Below the pieces are notes generated by a model. The model was not told where the DNA came from and searched no databases. It worked only from the letters and a program-made list of their open reading frames with translations. From Hyalangium minutum (GTDB lineage Bacteria; Myxococcota; Myxococcia; Myxococcales; Myxococcaceae), in assembly GCF_000737315.1 (NCBI RefSeq), contig NZ_JMCB01000013.1, forward strand, positions 206,001-268,000: a DNA stretch of 62,000 nt. The letters are read 5' to 3'. A program made the translations under genes and the position numbers. Below, one piece after another: positions 39,873 through 50,285 of the stretch. How positions within the stretch are numbered: position 1 is the first letter of the stretch; every line of letters begins with the position of its first letter.

Positions 39873-40033
39873 GGCGTGCTCCAGGGTTCAGGGAGAAGGG
39901 GAGGGGCTCCTGTCTCTCTATCTACCTGAAGCCCGGTCCGGCGGCATGCCTGGGGGCGGACTGGCCATGACTGAACGCCTGCCCCCGAGTCCCTCACCGT
40001 GCCGGGCCGCCTGCGCGTAGAGTCCTCGACACC

Positions 40034-40300
40034 ATGGCCAAGACGGACGACACCATCGAGAACCGGGTCTATCTCTTCGAGTCGCTCGCGAGCAGCTACG
40101 TGGCGGCCGCCTCCGAGCTGCTGGGCTCCGACGACGCCTCCGTGCGCGAGCGGGCCCGGCGCGCCCTGGCGGAGCTGGCCTACGTCTCCTGCGTGGTGGC
40201 CGACACCCAGCACCTGTCCCCCGAGCAGGTTCGCGACCGCATCCTGGGCGCTCCCGAGCCGGAACCGGCCCCCAAGTCCAAGGCCGGGGGCCGCCGGTAG
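40034..40300 (+). CDS. Small hypothetical protein
   Basis: 88-aa ORF with strong GC3 bias. Confidence 0.65.
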   Translation: MAKTDDTIENRVYLFESLASSYVAAASELLGSDDASVRERARRALAELAYVSCVVADTQHLSPEQVRDRILGAPEPEPAPKSKAGGRR

Positions 40301-40347
40301 CGCGGATCGCTCCCCACAGCGCGCCGCGGATGGTATAGCCGCGCGCC

Positions 40348-41568
40348 ATGGCCAAGACCTCGAACCCGAAGAAGTCCCTCCGCGCTGCCTACTCGGGGGC
40401 GCGCAAGGCGGATCCCCGTCCCATCACCGGCAAGGAGAAGCCGGCTGAGCTGCTCGCCCATGCCTTCAGCGCCTACGTGGGCCGTCAGGAGCGCACCGCG
40501 TTCGAGCTCATGTCCAAGTCGGTGGAACAGGACGCGTCCATCTTCCTCACGCTGTCGGGCGCCATGACGCCGGCGGGCCTGCACCAGAGCTGCCTCATCC
40601 CACTCATCGAGAAGGGCGTCATCTCCGCGCTGACCACCACGGGCGCCAACCTCTACCACGATGCCCACCGCATCATCGGCCACGCCATTCGCGAGGTGAA
40701 CCCGAACGCGGGCGACCTTCAGTACCGGCTGGCGCGCATCATCCGCATCTACGACTTGGGCTTCTGGGAGGAGGCGCTGCTGGACACGGACCGGCTTTTC
40801 TCCGCCATCATCCGCGGCCCCGAGTTCCAGCGGAAGATGACCACCCCCGAGTTCCACTACTTGCTGGGCAAGGCCGTCTACCAGATCGAGAAGAAGCTGG
40901 GCGTGAAGCAGCCCTCGCTGCTGTCCACCTGCTACAAGCACGCAGTGCCCATCTGGGTGGGCGCGGTGCAGGACGGCTCGATCTTCCTGAACGTCGTGAA
41001 GCTCAAGCGCCTGCTGGGCGCCGAGTTCAAGTTCGAGCTCGACATCAACGACGACGTCTACTCCATGGCGGCGATGCAGCACTTCTGCCGCCACAACGGC
41101 TCCAAGCGGCTGGCGATCTGGATCCTCGGGGGTGGCGTGCCCAAGAACTACACGCTGCAGGGCGAGCCGCTGCTGGACCAGATCCTCAACGTGCCCACCA
41201 CGGGCTTCGACATCGACGTGCAGTTCTGCGTGGACCCGGTGGACAACGGGGCGCTGTCGAGCTGCCCGGCCGGTGAGGGCCACACCTGGGGCAAGGTCTC
41301 CGTGGAGGCCGTGGAGACGGGCTCGGTGTACGTGCACTGTGACGTGACGGCCGTGTTCCCCTGGCTCACGCACGCGCTGCTGTCCGAGCCGAAGAACAAG
41401 CGCAAGCCCATGCGGCTGATGGACAAGATGGGCGAGGCCATCTCCTTCCTGGACAAGGACGTGCGCAAGCGCAGCAAGGAGTTGATGAAGACGCTGGACT
41501 GGAGCATCCAGGACGCGGAGCCCTCGAAGGAAGAGGACGCCGAGAAGCACGAGGCTTACGTCCGCTAA
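40348..41568 (+). CDS. Deoxyhypusine synthase-like protein (probable homospermidine synthase)
   Basis: LTLSGAMTPAG, TTTGANLYHD, GGGVPKNY, GALSSC...TWGK (catalytic Lys). Confidence 0.9.
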   Translation: MAKTSNPKKSLRAAYSGARKADPRPITGKEKPAELLAHAFSAYVGRQERTAFELMSKSVEQDASIFLTLSGAMTPAGLHQSCLIPLIEKGVISALTTTGANLYHDAHRIIGHAIREVNPNAGDLQYRLARIIRIYDLGFWEEALLDTDRLFSAIIRGPEFQRKMTTPEFHYLLGKAVYQIEKKLGVKQPSLLSTCYKHAVPIWVGAVQDGSIFLNVVKLKRLLGAEFKFELDINDDVYSMAAMQHFCRHNGSKRLAIWILGGGVPKNYTLQGEPLLDQILNVPTTGFDIDVQFCVDPVDNGALSSCPAGEGHTWGKVSVEAVETGSVYVHCDVTAVFPWLTHALLSEPKNKRKPMRLMDKMGEAISFLDKDVRKRSKELMKTLDWSIQDAEPSKEEDAEKHEAYVR

Positions 41569-41592
41569 CCCGTTGTGCACAGGAGCACTGAC

Positions 41593-42039
41593 ATGAGCCA
41601 GCCCTCGCAGCCCACCGGTGTGGTGATGACCGCCATCACCGCTCCGGCCTTCAAGACGCAGCTTGAGCACGGGCCCTCGGGCTCGCGCATGAACACGGAG
41701 GCCCCCAAGGACAACGGCGGGACGGGGGCCTCGTTCTCGCCCACGGACTTGGTGGGCGCGGCGCTCGCCTCGTGCGCGGTGACGACGATGGCGCTGACCG
41801 CCTCGCGCGAGGGCATTCCCTTTGGGGAAGCCCGGGCCACGGTGGAGAAGCGGATGACGCCTCCGCCGCGCCGCATTGGCGAGCTGGTGCTGCAGATCCA
41901 GATGCCCGCGGGCCTGTCCAAGGCGCACCGGGCCCGGCTGGAGGAGGCTGCCCACGGCTGCCCCGTGGCACGAAGCCTCCACCCGGACCTGAAGCTGCCC
42001 GTCACCTTCACCTACCCGGACGAGCCCCGCGAGGGCTGA
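41593..42039 (+). CDS. OsmC-like protein
   Basis: APKDNGGTGASFSPTDLVGAALASC...HGCPVARSL. Confidence 0.9.
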   Translation: MSQPSQPTGVVMTAITAPAFKTQLEHGPSGSRMNTEAPKDNGGTGASFSPTDLVGAALASCAVTTMALTASREGIPFGEARATVEKRMTPPPRRIGELVLQIQMPAGLSKAHRARLEEAAHGCPVARSLHPDLKLPVTFTYPDEPREG

Positions 42040-42166
42040 CGCTTGGGTGCCTGCTGACGCGCGTCTGAGCTTCCCTGCCTGGTGTCCAGGCACTGGGGCG
42101 CTGACGCCTGCAAGCCCCGGCGGGAATGCCAACCCTGGCAGGAGTCATCCGCCAGGGAGGCAGACC

Positions 42167-42703
42167 GTGGACGTCAAGCTGCTGGGCATCTACCTGAACG
42201 ATCATCTCGCCGGCTCGCACACGGGGCTCGAGCTCGCGCGCCGTGCGCACCGGGAGAACCGGGACAACGCAGTGGGGCGCTACCTCATCACGTTCATCAA
42301 GGAGCTGGAGGATGAGCGCACGGTGCTGCAGCAGATCATGCGTGCGCTGGGCGTGACCCGGAACGAGTTCAAGCACCTCGCGGGGTGGGTCATGGAGAAG
42401 GTGGCGCGGCTGAAGACCCACACCCATCTGGTGCACCGCACGCCCCTGACCCGGATGGTGGAGCTGGAGGCGCTGTCCATCGCGGTGATCGGCAAGCGCT
42501 CCATGTGGACCCTGCTGCAGCGGCACGCGCGAGTCGAGCGGCGGCTGGCGGGCTTTGACTTCGAGACGCTCATCGCCCAGGCGGAGTCGCAGCACGTGTC
42601 GCTGGACCGGCTGCGCCTGCAGGCCGCGGAGACAGCCTTCATGCAAGCGCCACTGCCCTCTGGCGTGGCCTCGCCCCTGGAGCACCCCGAACACGTGGGG
42701 TGA
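42167..42703 (+). CDS. Hypothetical all-helical (ferritin-like?) protein
   Basis: GIYLNDHLAG...ELEALSIAVIGKRSMW; GTG start with GGAGG RBS. Confidence 0.7.
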   Translation: MDVKLLGIYLNDHLAGSHTGLELARRAHRENRDNAVGRYLITFIKELEDERTVLQQIMRALGVTRNEFKHLAGWVMEKVARLKTHTHLVHRTPLTRMVELEALSIAVIGKRSMWTLLQRHARVERRLAGFDFETLIAQAESQHVSLDRLRLQAAETAFMQAPLPSGVASPLEHPEHVG

Positions 42704-42847
42704 AGCTGGCCCCGAGTCCACCCTGGATGTGGGCCTCCGGACAGGGGCAGGACAGGAGCGTGGAGTCCGCGACAGGCCTCCGGAATTTGCTTATCCGCCC
42801 GGCGGAGAGCTTCTGTACGTGGGAGCCCATCCTTCCACGGGCGGTGT

Positions 42848-43495
42848 ATGGGGCTCTTTCCTCCAGGCACAGACGACGTGATCCGCGGGGTGCTCGGCCT
42901 GATGGCGGGGCTTCCCGTGGTGGGCACCGTGGGGCTGATGCTCATGGCCCGGAGCCCCCTGGGCACCTCAGCCTTCGAGCCGGTGCAACAACCCGTGCAG
43001 TTCGACCACCGCCACCATGTCGGGGATGAGGGCATCGGCTGCCGCTACTGCCATGAGGGCGCCTGGGAGGGGCCCTTCGCGGGTGTTCCGCCCACCAGCC
43101 GGTGCATGGGCTGCCACGCGCAGATCTGGAACGAGAGCTCGCTGCTAGCACCCGTGCGCGAGAGCTACTTCCAGGACCGGCCCATTCCCTGGAACCGCGT
43201 CCACCGGCTGCCGCACTTCACGTTCTTCAACCACTCCATCCATGTCCATAAGGGCGTGGGGTGCGTGAGCTGCCACGGCCGCGTGGATCAGATGCCGCTC
43301 GTGCAGCAGGTGGTCCCTCTCACCATGGGCTGGTGCCTGGAGTGCCATCGCGATCCGGCGCCCCACCTGCGCCCACTGGAGCACATCGCCGACATGACAT
43401 GGCGGCCCGCGGGTGATGCCCGCGAGGTGGGCCGCCGGGTGATGCAAGCGCTGCAGGTCTCCCCTCGCACCGAGTGCACCACATGCCATCGCTGA
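42848..43495 (+). CDS. actA: Alternative complex III pentaheme cytochrome c ActA
   Basis: Five CxxCH motifs (CRYCH, CMGCH, CVSCH, CLECH, CTTCH); [10 protein letters not shown]. Confidence 0.93.
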   Translation: MGLFPPGTDDVIRGVLGLMAGLPVVGTVGLMLMARSPLGTSAFEPVQQPVQFDHRHHVGDEGIGCRYCHEGAWEGPFAGVPPTSRCMGCHAQIWNESSLLAPVRESYFQDRPIPWNRVHRLPHFTFFNHSIHVHKGVGCVSCHGRVDQMPLVQQVVPLTMGWCLECHRDPAPHLRPLEHIADMTWRPAGDAREVGRRVMQALQVSPRTECTTCHR

Positions 43496-46440
43496 AGGAG
43501 CGCTACCCCCTGCCAGTGCTAGCCGAGGCGCCCGACGCGTGGCGCAGCCTCGAGGAGCGCCGTGCCACGCTGGCCGCGCCCGAGGGCGAGTTCCCCCTGG
43601 GAGCCTCCGAGCCGCCTCAGGGGATCTCCCGCCGGGCGGTGCTGGAGCTGGCCGCCTTCGGGGCCGCCGCGGCGGGGCTGTCCGGCTGTTTCCGGCAGCC
43701 TCCCGAGAAGGTGATGCCCTATTCGAAGCAGCCGCCCGAGGTGACGCCCGGAGTGCCGCTGCACTACGCCACGGGGCTCACGCTGGAGGGCTACGTGCGC
43801 GGCCTCGTGGTGCGCAGCCACGAGGGCCGGCCCACCAAGGTGGAGGGCAACCCTGAGCAACCCGAGAGCCTCGGTGCGGCGGGTGCGCATGAACAGGCAT
43901 CGTTGCTCGGGCTGTACGATCCACACCGCGCGCGCGTGGTGCGCCACCAGGGGGAGCCTGTCTCTCGCGCTGCGCTCTTCTCGTGGCTGATCGAGCGCGC
44001 CCAGCGGAACGACGGGGGCGCCGGACTTCGGCTGCTGGTAGAGCCCAGTGCCTCTCCGCTGTGGGCGGACACCTATGCGCGGCTGCTCGAGCGCTACCCT
44101 CGCGCGAAGGTGGTGCCCTTCAGCGGCATCGAGCCAGTGCAGGCGCGCGAGGGGGCCCGGCTCGCCTTCGGTCGGCCGCTCCAGGTGCTGCCTCGCTTCT
44201 CGGAGGCACGCACGGTGGTGTCGCTGGACGACGACTTCCTGTCCACGTTGCCAGGGAGCCCGCGCACAGCGCGTGAGTTCGTCTCCGCTCGCGCCCGGCC
44301 GGAGAGCAATCGGCTGTGGGTGGTGGAGAGCCACTTGAGCGTCACGGGCGCCTTCGCGGATCACCGGCTGAGAGCCCGGCCCTCCCGGCTGCCGCATTTG
44401 GCGCGCGCGCTGGCCGCCGAGGTGGGACGGGCGCTGGGGCACGCGGGGCTCGCGAGTCTCGCCGACGGCACCACGTCCCTGAGCGAGACGGAGCGGCGCT
44501 GGCTGACGGTGGCAGCCAAGGATCTCGTGGCGCAGCGAGGCGCGGCGCTGGTGGTGGCCGGAGCGCGGCAGCCCGCAGCGGTTCATGCGCTCGCACACTG
44601 GCTCAACGAGGCCCTCGGCCCGGGCGCGCTGGTGCGCTTCGTGGACGAGCTGCTCAGCCCTGTGCCAGACGCCTCGGCGCTGCCGGCCCTGGTGGAGGAG
44701 CTGCGCGCCGGGACCGTGGACACGCTGATCATCACCGCCTGGAACCCTGTCTACCGTGCGCCCGTGGATGTGCCTCTCGTCGAGGCGCTCGGGCGGGTGC
44801 CGTACACGGTGTACTGCGCGCTCGAGGAGGACGAGACGGCTGCGGCGTGTACTTGGTTCGTCCCCGCTACTCACCCTTATGAGACGTGGGGAGATGGGCG
44901 GGCTCCGGAGGGAACCGCGACGATCCTCCAGCCGCTCATCGCCCCGCTGCAGGAGGCCGCGGTGGCGCCGCTGGACCTGTTGGCGGCCTTCACCGGAACG
45001 CTGGAGATGCCGCCCTACGAGCGGCTTCGGACGTTGTGGCGGGAGCGGGCCGGGCGTCCAGTGAGGTTCCAGGAGGCATGGGAGGGCTGGCTGGCCACGG
45101 GGGTCGTGCCAGGCACCGAGCTGCCGGCGCTCCAGGCGCGGGTGGACGCGGAGGCGGTCCTCGCGGCAGCGCGGGCACTTCGTCCCGCAGGGGAGGGACT
45201 CGAGCTGCACTTCGTGCCGGATCTCAAGCTCTACGATGGGCGCTTCGGTGCCAACCCGTGGCTGCAGGAGCTGCCCGATCCCATGACCCAGCTCACGTGG
45301 GACAACGCCGCCCTGGTGAGCCCCGCGACGGCCGCCCGGCTGGGGCTGGAGAGGGGTTCTCGGGTTCGGTTGGAGCTCCGGGGCCGCGCGCTGGAGGTGG
45401 CGGTGTTGCCCGTGCCCGGTCAGGCCGATGACACGGTGACGCTCCCGCTCGGCTACGGGCGGACGCGGGGCAGCCCCGTGGCACAGGGCGTGGGCTTCAA
45501 CGCGTACACCCTGTGGCATCAGGACTCGCCGGGGTGGGCCACGGGAGCGCGGCTCTCCCTGCTGGAGGGCCACCACGCCTTCGCGCTGACGCAGGAGCAC
45601 TGGCGGATGGAGGAGCGGCCCCTGGCGCTCCAGACGACGCAGGCCCGGTTCAAGGCCCACACGGACATGCTGCAAGGGATGCAGGAGCCCACGGAGCACC
45701 TCTACCCGCCGCCGGGGCCTCCGGTCGAGCCGCCCCACCGCTGGGGGATGGCCATCGATCTGCACCGCTGCACCGGGTGCAGCGCGTGCGTGGTGGCCTG
45801 CCAGGCGGAGAACAACATCCCTGTGGTGGGCAAGCACGAGGTGCTGCGCGGCCGGGAGATGCACTGGCTGCGCATCGATCGCTACTTCCTGGGAGACGAG
45901 CACGAGCCGGGAGTCATCACCCAGCCGCTGATGTGCGTGCACTGCGAGTACGCCCCTTGCGAGTACGTGTGCCCCGTTAACGCCACCGTCCACTCGGACG
46001 AGGGCCTCAACCAGATGATCTACAACCGCTGCATCGGCACGCGGTACTGCTCGAACAACTGCCCGTACAAGGTCCGCCGCTTCAACTACCTGGACTATAC
46101 GGGCCACGACCCGCTGGCGCGGATGCACCGCAATCCCCAGGTGACGGTGCGCTCGCGCGGGGTGATGGAGAAGTGCACCTACTGCGTGCAGCGCATCGAG
46201 TCGGCGCGCATCACCGCGCGCGTGGAGCGCCGCACCATCCGTGAGGGCGAGGTCCGCACGGCCTGCCAGCAGGCGTGTCCCACGGAGGCCATCGTCTTCG
46301 GAGATCTCAACCGCCCGGAGTCCCGCGTCTCCCAGCTTCACGAGGATCCCCGCCACTACAAGCTGCTGCACGAGCTGGGGACCGCGCCGCGCACGGTCCA
46401 CCTGTTGCGGCTGAAGAACCCGCACGAGGAACTCGGATGA
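43483..46440 (+). CDS. actB: Alternative complex III ActB (molybdopterin-oxidoreductase-like + Fe-S fusion), Tat lipoprotein
   Basis: SRRAVL..LSGC; EGRPTKVEGNP; CTGCSACVVAC, CVHCEYAPC, CIGTRYCSNNCP, EKCTYC. Confidence 0.93.
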   Translation: MPSLKERYPLPVLAEAPDAWRSLEERRATLAAPEGEFPLGASEPPQGISRRAVLELAAFGAAAAGLSGCFRQPPEKVMPYSKQPPEVTPGVPLHYATGLTLEGYVRGLVVRSHEGRPTKVEGNPEQPESLGAAGAHEQASLLGLYDPHRARVVRHQGEPVSRAALFSWLIERAQRNDGGAGLRLLVEPSASPLWADTYARLLERYPRAKVVPFSGIEPVQAREGARLAFGRPLQVLPRFSEARTVVSLDDDFLSTLPGSPRTAREFVSARARPESNRLWVVESHLSVTGAFADHRLRARPSRLPHLARALAAEVGRALGHAGLASLADGTTSLSETERRWLTVAAKDLVAQRGAALVVAGARQPAAVHALAHWLNEALGPGALVRFVDELLSPVPDASALPALVEELRAGTVDTLIITAWNPVYRAPVDVPLVEALGRVPYTVYCALEEDETAAACTWFVPATHPYETWGDGRAPEGTATILQPLIAPLQEAAVAPLDLLAAFTGTLEMPPYERLRTLWRERAGRPVRFQEAWEGWLATGVVPGTELPALQARVDAEAVLAAARALRPAGEGLELHFVPDLKLYDGRFGANPWLQELPDPMTQLTWDNAALVSPATAARLGLERGSRVRLELRGRALEVAVLPVPGQADDTVTLPLGYGRTRGSPVAQGVGFNAYTLWHQDSPGWATGARLSLLEGHHAFALTQEHWRMEERPLALQTTQARFKAHTDMLQGMQEPTEHLYPPPGPPVEPPHRWGMAIDLHRCTGCSACVVACQAENNIPVVGKHEVLRGREMHWLRIDRYFLGDEHEPGVITQPLMCVHCEYAPCEYVCPVNATVHSDEGLNQMIYNRCIGTRYCSNNCPYKVRRFNYLDYTGHDPLARMHRNPQVTVRSRGVMEKCTYCVQRIESARITARVERRTIREGEVRTACQQACPTEAIVFGDLNRPESRVSQLHEDPRHYKLLHELGTAPRTVHLLRLKNPHEELG

Positions 46441-47870
46441 GCGAGCCCGCGCCCAAGGCCCCTGTGATGGCCGATCCGCTGGTGGAGCACCCGCTCATCG
46501 AGGGGCGCTACTCGAACGCGGAGCTCAACGCATCGCTGATGCGGCCCGTGCTGGCCGGACCGGCGCGCTGGTGGTGGGTGCTGGTGGGGATCTGCTCCGC
46601 GCTCACCGTGCTGCTGATGGTGGGCATGGGAGTGACGTTCGCGAAGGGCGTGGGGACCTGGGGCAACAACATCCCGGTGGCCTGGGCTTTCGGCATCATC
46701 AACTTCGTCTGGTGGATCGGCATCGGCCACGCCGGCACGCTCATCTCCGCCATCCTGCTGCTGTTCGCCGAGAAGTGGCGCAGCTCCGTCAACCGCATGG
46801 CCGAGGCGATGACGCTGTTCGCCGTGGCGTGCGCGGGCCTCTTCCCGCTGCTGCACCTGGGGCGCCCGTGGAAGTTCTACTGGCTGGTGCCGTACCCAAG
46901 CGTGCTGCGCGCCTGGCCGCAGTTCCGCTCCCCGCTCACGTGGGACATCGTGGCGATCCTCACGTACCTCACGGTGTCGGTGCTCTTCTGGTACGTGGGC
47001 TTGCTGCCGGATCTGGCGTCCGCGCGGGATACCGCCCGGGAGACGTGGAAGCGCCGCGCCTGGGGAGTGCTGTCCATGGGATGGCGCGGCAGCGCCCGGC
47101 ACTGGCTCCAGTGGCGCGCCGCGTACGTGGTGCTCGCGGGAGTGGCCACGCCGCTCGTCGTGTCGGTGCACACCATCGTGTCCTTCGACTTCGCGGTGGC
47201 GCAACTGCCGGGCTGGCACACCACCGTTTTCCCTCCGTACTTCGTGGCGGGCGCCATCTTCTCCGGGCTCGCCATGGTGCTCACGCTGCTGTTGCCCGCG
47301 CGGCGGGCGCTGGGCCTGCACCACGTCATCACGAATGCGCACCTGGATGTGCTCTCGCGGCTGATGCTCGTGTCCGGGCTCTTCGTGGCCTACGGCTACG
47401 TGCAGGAGCATTTCTTCGGCTGGTACAGCGGCAACGAGTACGAGCAGCACGCGATGAACATCCTGCGCGTGGGCCCATACGCGCCGCTCTTCTGGACGGT
47501 CATCTTCTGCAACGTGGTGGTGCCACAGCTGTTCTGGATCGGGCGGCTGCGCATCCAGCCGGTGGTGCTCTGGGTGGCCGCGCTGCTGGTGAACGTGGGC
47601 ATGTGGCTGGAGCGCTTCCTGATCGTGGTGGCGCCTCTGAGCGAGGACTTCCTGCCGAGCAGCTGGAAGCACTACGCGCCTACCTGGGTGGACCTGAGCC
47701 TGCTGTCCGGGACGATGGGGCTGTTCGGCCTGGGCTTCCTGCTGTTCCTCAAGCTGGTGCCGCCGGTGCCGGCCAGCGAGGTGAAGCACCTGCAGCATGA
47801 GCTGGAGTCCTCCGAGGCCTTCGCGCGCGAGGCGGCGGCTCAGAGGCGGAGCGGGGGAGGGGCACCATGA
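46437..47870 (+). CDS. actC: Alternative complex III ActC (NrfD-like quinol-binding subunit)
   Basis: INFVWWIGIGHAGTLISAIL, HLGRPW, FRSPLTWD, VVSVHTIVSFDF. Confidence 0.95.
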   Translation: MSEPAPKAPVMADPLVEHPLIEGRYSNAELNASLMRPVLAGPARWWWVLVGICSALTVLLMVGMGVTFAKGVGTWGNNIPVAWAFGIINFVWWIGIGHAGTLISAILLLFAEKWRSSVNRMAEAMTLFAVACAGLFPLLHLGRPWKFYWLVPYPSVLRAWPQFRSPLTWDIVAILTYLTVSVLFWYVGLLPDLASARDTARETWKRRAWGVLSMGWRGSARHWLQWRAAYVVLAGVATPLVVSVHTIVSFDFAVAQLPGWHTTVFPPYFVAGAIFSGLAMVLTLLLPARRALGLHHVITNAHLDVLSRLMLVSGLFVAYGYVQEHFFGWYSGNEYEQHAMNILRVGPYAPLFWTVIFCNVVVPQLFWIGRLRIQPVVLWVAALLVNVGMWLERFLIVVAPLSEDFLPSSWKHYAPTWVDLSLLSGTMGLFGLGFLLFLKLVPPVPASEVKHLQHELESSEAFAREAAAQRRSGGGAP

Positions 47871-48394
47871 AGCGCTGGGTGCTCGGAGAGTTCGGTTCGC
47901 CCGAGCGGTTGCTCGAGGTGGCCCGTGCGCTGCGGGAGCGCGGCTTCGTGCGGCTGGATGCGCACACTCCGTTCCCCGTGGAGGGGCTGGCCGAGGTGCT
48001 CGAGCTGAAGTCCTCGCGCCTGCCCGCGCTGGGGCTGCTGGCAGGGCTTGGCGGCGCGGCTGGGGCCTACCTGGTGCAGTGGTTCACACAGGCGGTGGAC
48101 TGGCCGCTGAACGTGGGCGGGAGACCGCTGCACAGCGCGCCCGCCTTCATTCCCATCACCTTCGAGACGGGGGTGCTGTCGGCTGCGGGTGCGGTCTTCT
48201 TGGGCTTGTTCGTGGTGTGCGGGCTGCCTCGGGTGACACACCCAGTCTTCGAGCTGGAGTCCTTCCGCAGCGCCAGCGTGGATGGCTTCTGGATCAGCGT
48301 CGCGGTGGAGGAGTCCACTCCGCCCGAGACGGTGGCCGAGGTGCTGCGCACCCTGGGCGCCTCGCAGGTGTCGCAGGTGGAGGGCGAAGAATGA
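47867..48394 (+). CDS. actD: Alternative complex III ActD (DUF3341)
   Basis: DAHTPFPVEGL, WPLNVGGRP, FIPITFE. Confidence 0.92.
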   Translation: MKRWVLGEFGSPERLLEVARALRERGFVRLDAHTPFPVEGLAEVLELKSSRLPALGLLAGLGGAAGAYLVQWFTQAVDWPLNVGGRPLHSAPAFIPITFETGVLSAAGAVFLGLFVVCGLPRVTHPVFELESFRSASVDGFWISVAVEESTPPETVAEVLRTLGASQVSQVEGEE

Positions 48395-49083
48395 GGGTCG
48401 CCAGGCATCTGCTCTGCGGGGGGGCGCTGGCCTTGTCCGCCTGTGAGGACCGGGATCCGATGCAGGTGCAGGAGCGCGATAACGCGTTCTCGGAGGATCC
48501 TCTCTTCGCGGACGAGCGGGCCATGCGCCCCACCGTGGCCGGCACGGTGCCCCAGGAGTGGTACCGGCAGCAGGCCCGGTTCATGGTCCACCAGAGCCTG
48601 GACGCGGGCTGGGTCGCGCGGCCACCTGTGCCGCTGACGCGCGAGCTGCTCCACGAGGGCCGCTCCCACTTCGAGACGTGGTGCGCGCCTTGCCACGGGC
48701 TGTTGGCGGATGGCCAGAGCGTGGTGGGCCAGAACATGCAACTGCGGCCCGCACCCGCGCTGTTCGGGCCTCTGCACGTGCCGCACCCGGCCCGAAGCGC
48801 CTCGCAGCTCGATGGAGGAGTGCCCGAGCCGGGCTCTCCGCATGCAGTGCCGGTATCCGCGGGCTGGGAGGCACTGCCGCACCCGGCCGGCTTCTATTAC
48901 GCGGTCATCACCGAGGGGTATGGGCTGATGCCGTCCTACGCGGAGGCGCTCAAGCCCTCCGAGCGGTGGGCCGTGGCGGCCTACCTGCGAGCACTCGCCT
49001 ACAGCCAACAAGCGCCCATGTCGGCCGCGCCTCCCGCGGTCCAGGCCACGCTCCAGCAGGAGCGTTCGGGAGGGGTTCCATGA
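48391..49083 (+). CDS. actE: Alternative complex III monoheme cytochrome ActE (lipoprotein)
   Basis: Lipobox LSAC; CAPCH; GYGLMPSY...ERWAVAAY. Confidence 0.9.
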   Translation: MRVARHLLCGGALALSACEDRDPMQVQERDNAFSEDPLFADERAMRPTVAGTVPQEWYRQQARFMVHQSLDAGWVARPPVPLTRELLHEGRSHFETWCAPCHGLLADGQSVVGQNMQLRPAPALFGPLHVPHPARSASQLDGGVPEPGSPHAVPVSAGWEALPHPAGFYYAVITEGYGLMPSYAEALKPSERWAVAAYLRALAYSQQAPMSAAPPAVQATLQQERSGGVP

Positions 49084-50285
49084 TCACCGTGCTACCGCGC
49101 TTCGAGGGCAACCGGAGGTTCCTGGGCGTGTCGCTCGCCGTAGGAGTCCTGGGGCTGGCGGCGACGCTGGCGGGCGGGTTCGCCGATGCCCGCGAGGCGA
49201 GCCATGGCTACCTGTTCGCCTTCGCCTTCTGGCTCTCCCTGTGCCTGGGCGCGCTGGTGATGCTGTCGTCCTTTCACGCGGCGCGGGCGCGCTGGCCCAC
49301 GGTGCTGCGGCGGCCTCTGGAGGTGATGGCGGCGTGCTGCCCGCTGTTCATCCTGCTCTTCCTCCCCGTGGTACTGAGCATGCGCCACCTGTTCCCCTGG
49401 GTGGAGCCATCGCCGGCGCTCGGCGAGCACGCGCTGCATTTGCTCGAGCACAAGCGCCCGTACCTGAACCTGACGGGGTTTCTCCTCCGGGCGGTGCTCT
49501 ACTTCGGGGTGTGGTGCGCGGTGGCGCTGCTGCTCTACCGCTGGTCCGTGCGCCAGGATGCCGAGCCCGAGAGCAACGAGAGGGTGGTGCGGCTCACCGC
49601 GTGGCAGAGGCGGCTGGCGGCGGGCTCGCTGCCGGTGGTGGTGCTGTGCGTGTCGTTCGCCTGCCTGGACTGGCTCATGTCCCTGGATCCGCTGTGGCAG
49701 TCCACCGTGTACGCGCTCTACGTGGGGTGCGGCGCAGTGGTAGCGGCCCTGTCGGTGGTGGGGCTGCTGGCGGCGCAGGGGCAGGGGGCGGGGCAGTTCG
49801 GCGCGCTGATGCGGCCGGTGCACTTCCGGTGGCTCGGCACGCTGCTGCTCAGCTTCGTGTGCCTGTGGGCCTACTGCGTCTTCTCGCAACTGTTGCTCAT
49901 GTGGATCGCCACGCTCCCCGAGGAGGTGACGTGGTACCAGGCCCGGCTCGACGGCGGCTGGCGGTGGCTGGCGGCATTGCTGGCCTTGGGCCACTTCGCG
50001 GTGCCCTTCCTGCTCCTGCTGCAGCGGAGCATCAAGGAGCAGCCCCGGCGACTGGCCGCCGTGTGCGCGTGGCTCCTGCTCATGCGCGCGGTGGATCTGT
50101 ATTGGCTGGTGCTGCCCGCGCTCCATCCGCGGGAGTGGTACCCGCACTGGACGAGCCTCACCGCGTGGGTGGGCGTGGGCGGGCTGTTCGTGGCGGCCTG
50201 CCTGTGGCTGCAGCGCGGCGGCTACACCGTGCCAGTGCGCGATCCATTCCTCCTCCACTCGCTGCGGGTGCCCAGCCATGAGTGA
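49080..50285 (+). CDS. actF: Alternative complex III ActF membrane subunit
   Basis: LRRPLE, DWLMSLDPLWQST, SQLLLMWIATLPEE; position in the operon. Confidence 0.88.
   Translation: MITVLPRFEGNRRFLGVSLAVGVLGLAATLAGGFADAREASHGYLFAFAFWLSLCLGALVMLSSFHAARARWPTVLRRPLEVMAACCPLFILLFLPVVLSMRHLFPWVEPSPALGEHALHLLEHKRPYLNLTGFLLRAVLYFGVWCAVALLLYRWSVRQDAEPESNERVVRLTAWQRRLAAGSLPVVVLCVSFACLDWLMSLDPLWQSTVYALYVGCGAVVAALSVVGLLAAQGQGAGQFGALMRPVHFRWLGTLLLSFVCLWAYCVFSQLLLMWIATLPEEVTWYQARLDGGWRWLAALLALGHFAVPFLLLLQRSIKEQPRRLAAVCAWLLLMRAVDLYWLVLPALHPREWYPHWTSLTAWVGVGGLFVAACLWLQRGGYTVPVRDPFLLHSLRVPSHE

Noticed and set aside
43483-46440. ActB as a Mo-dependent respiratory reductase
   Set aside because: The actA-G context identifies ACIII, whose ActB has the fold but is known not to carry molybdopterin.
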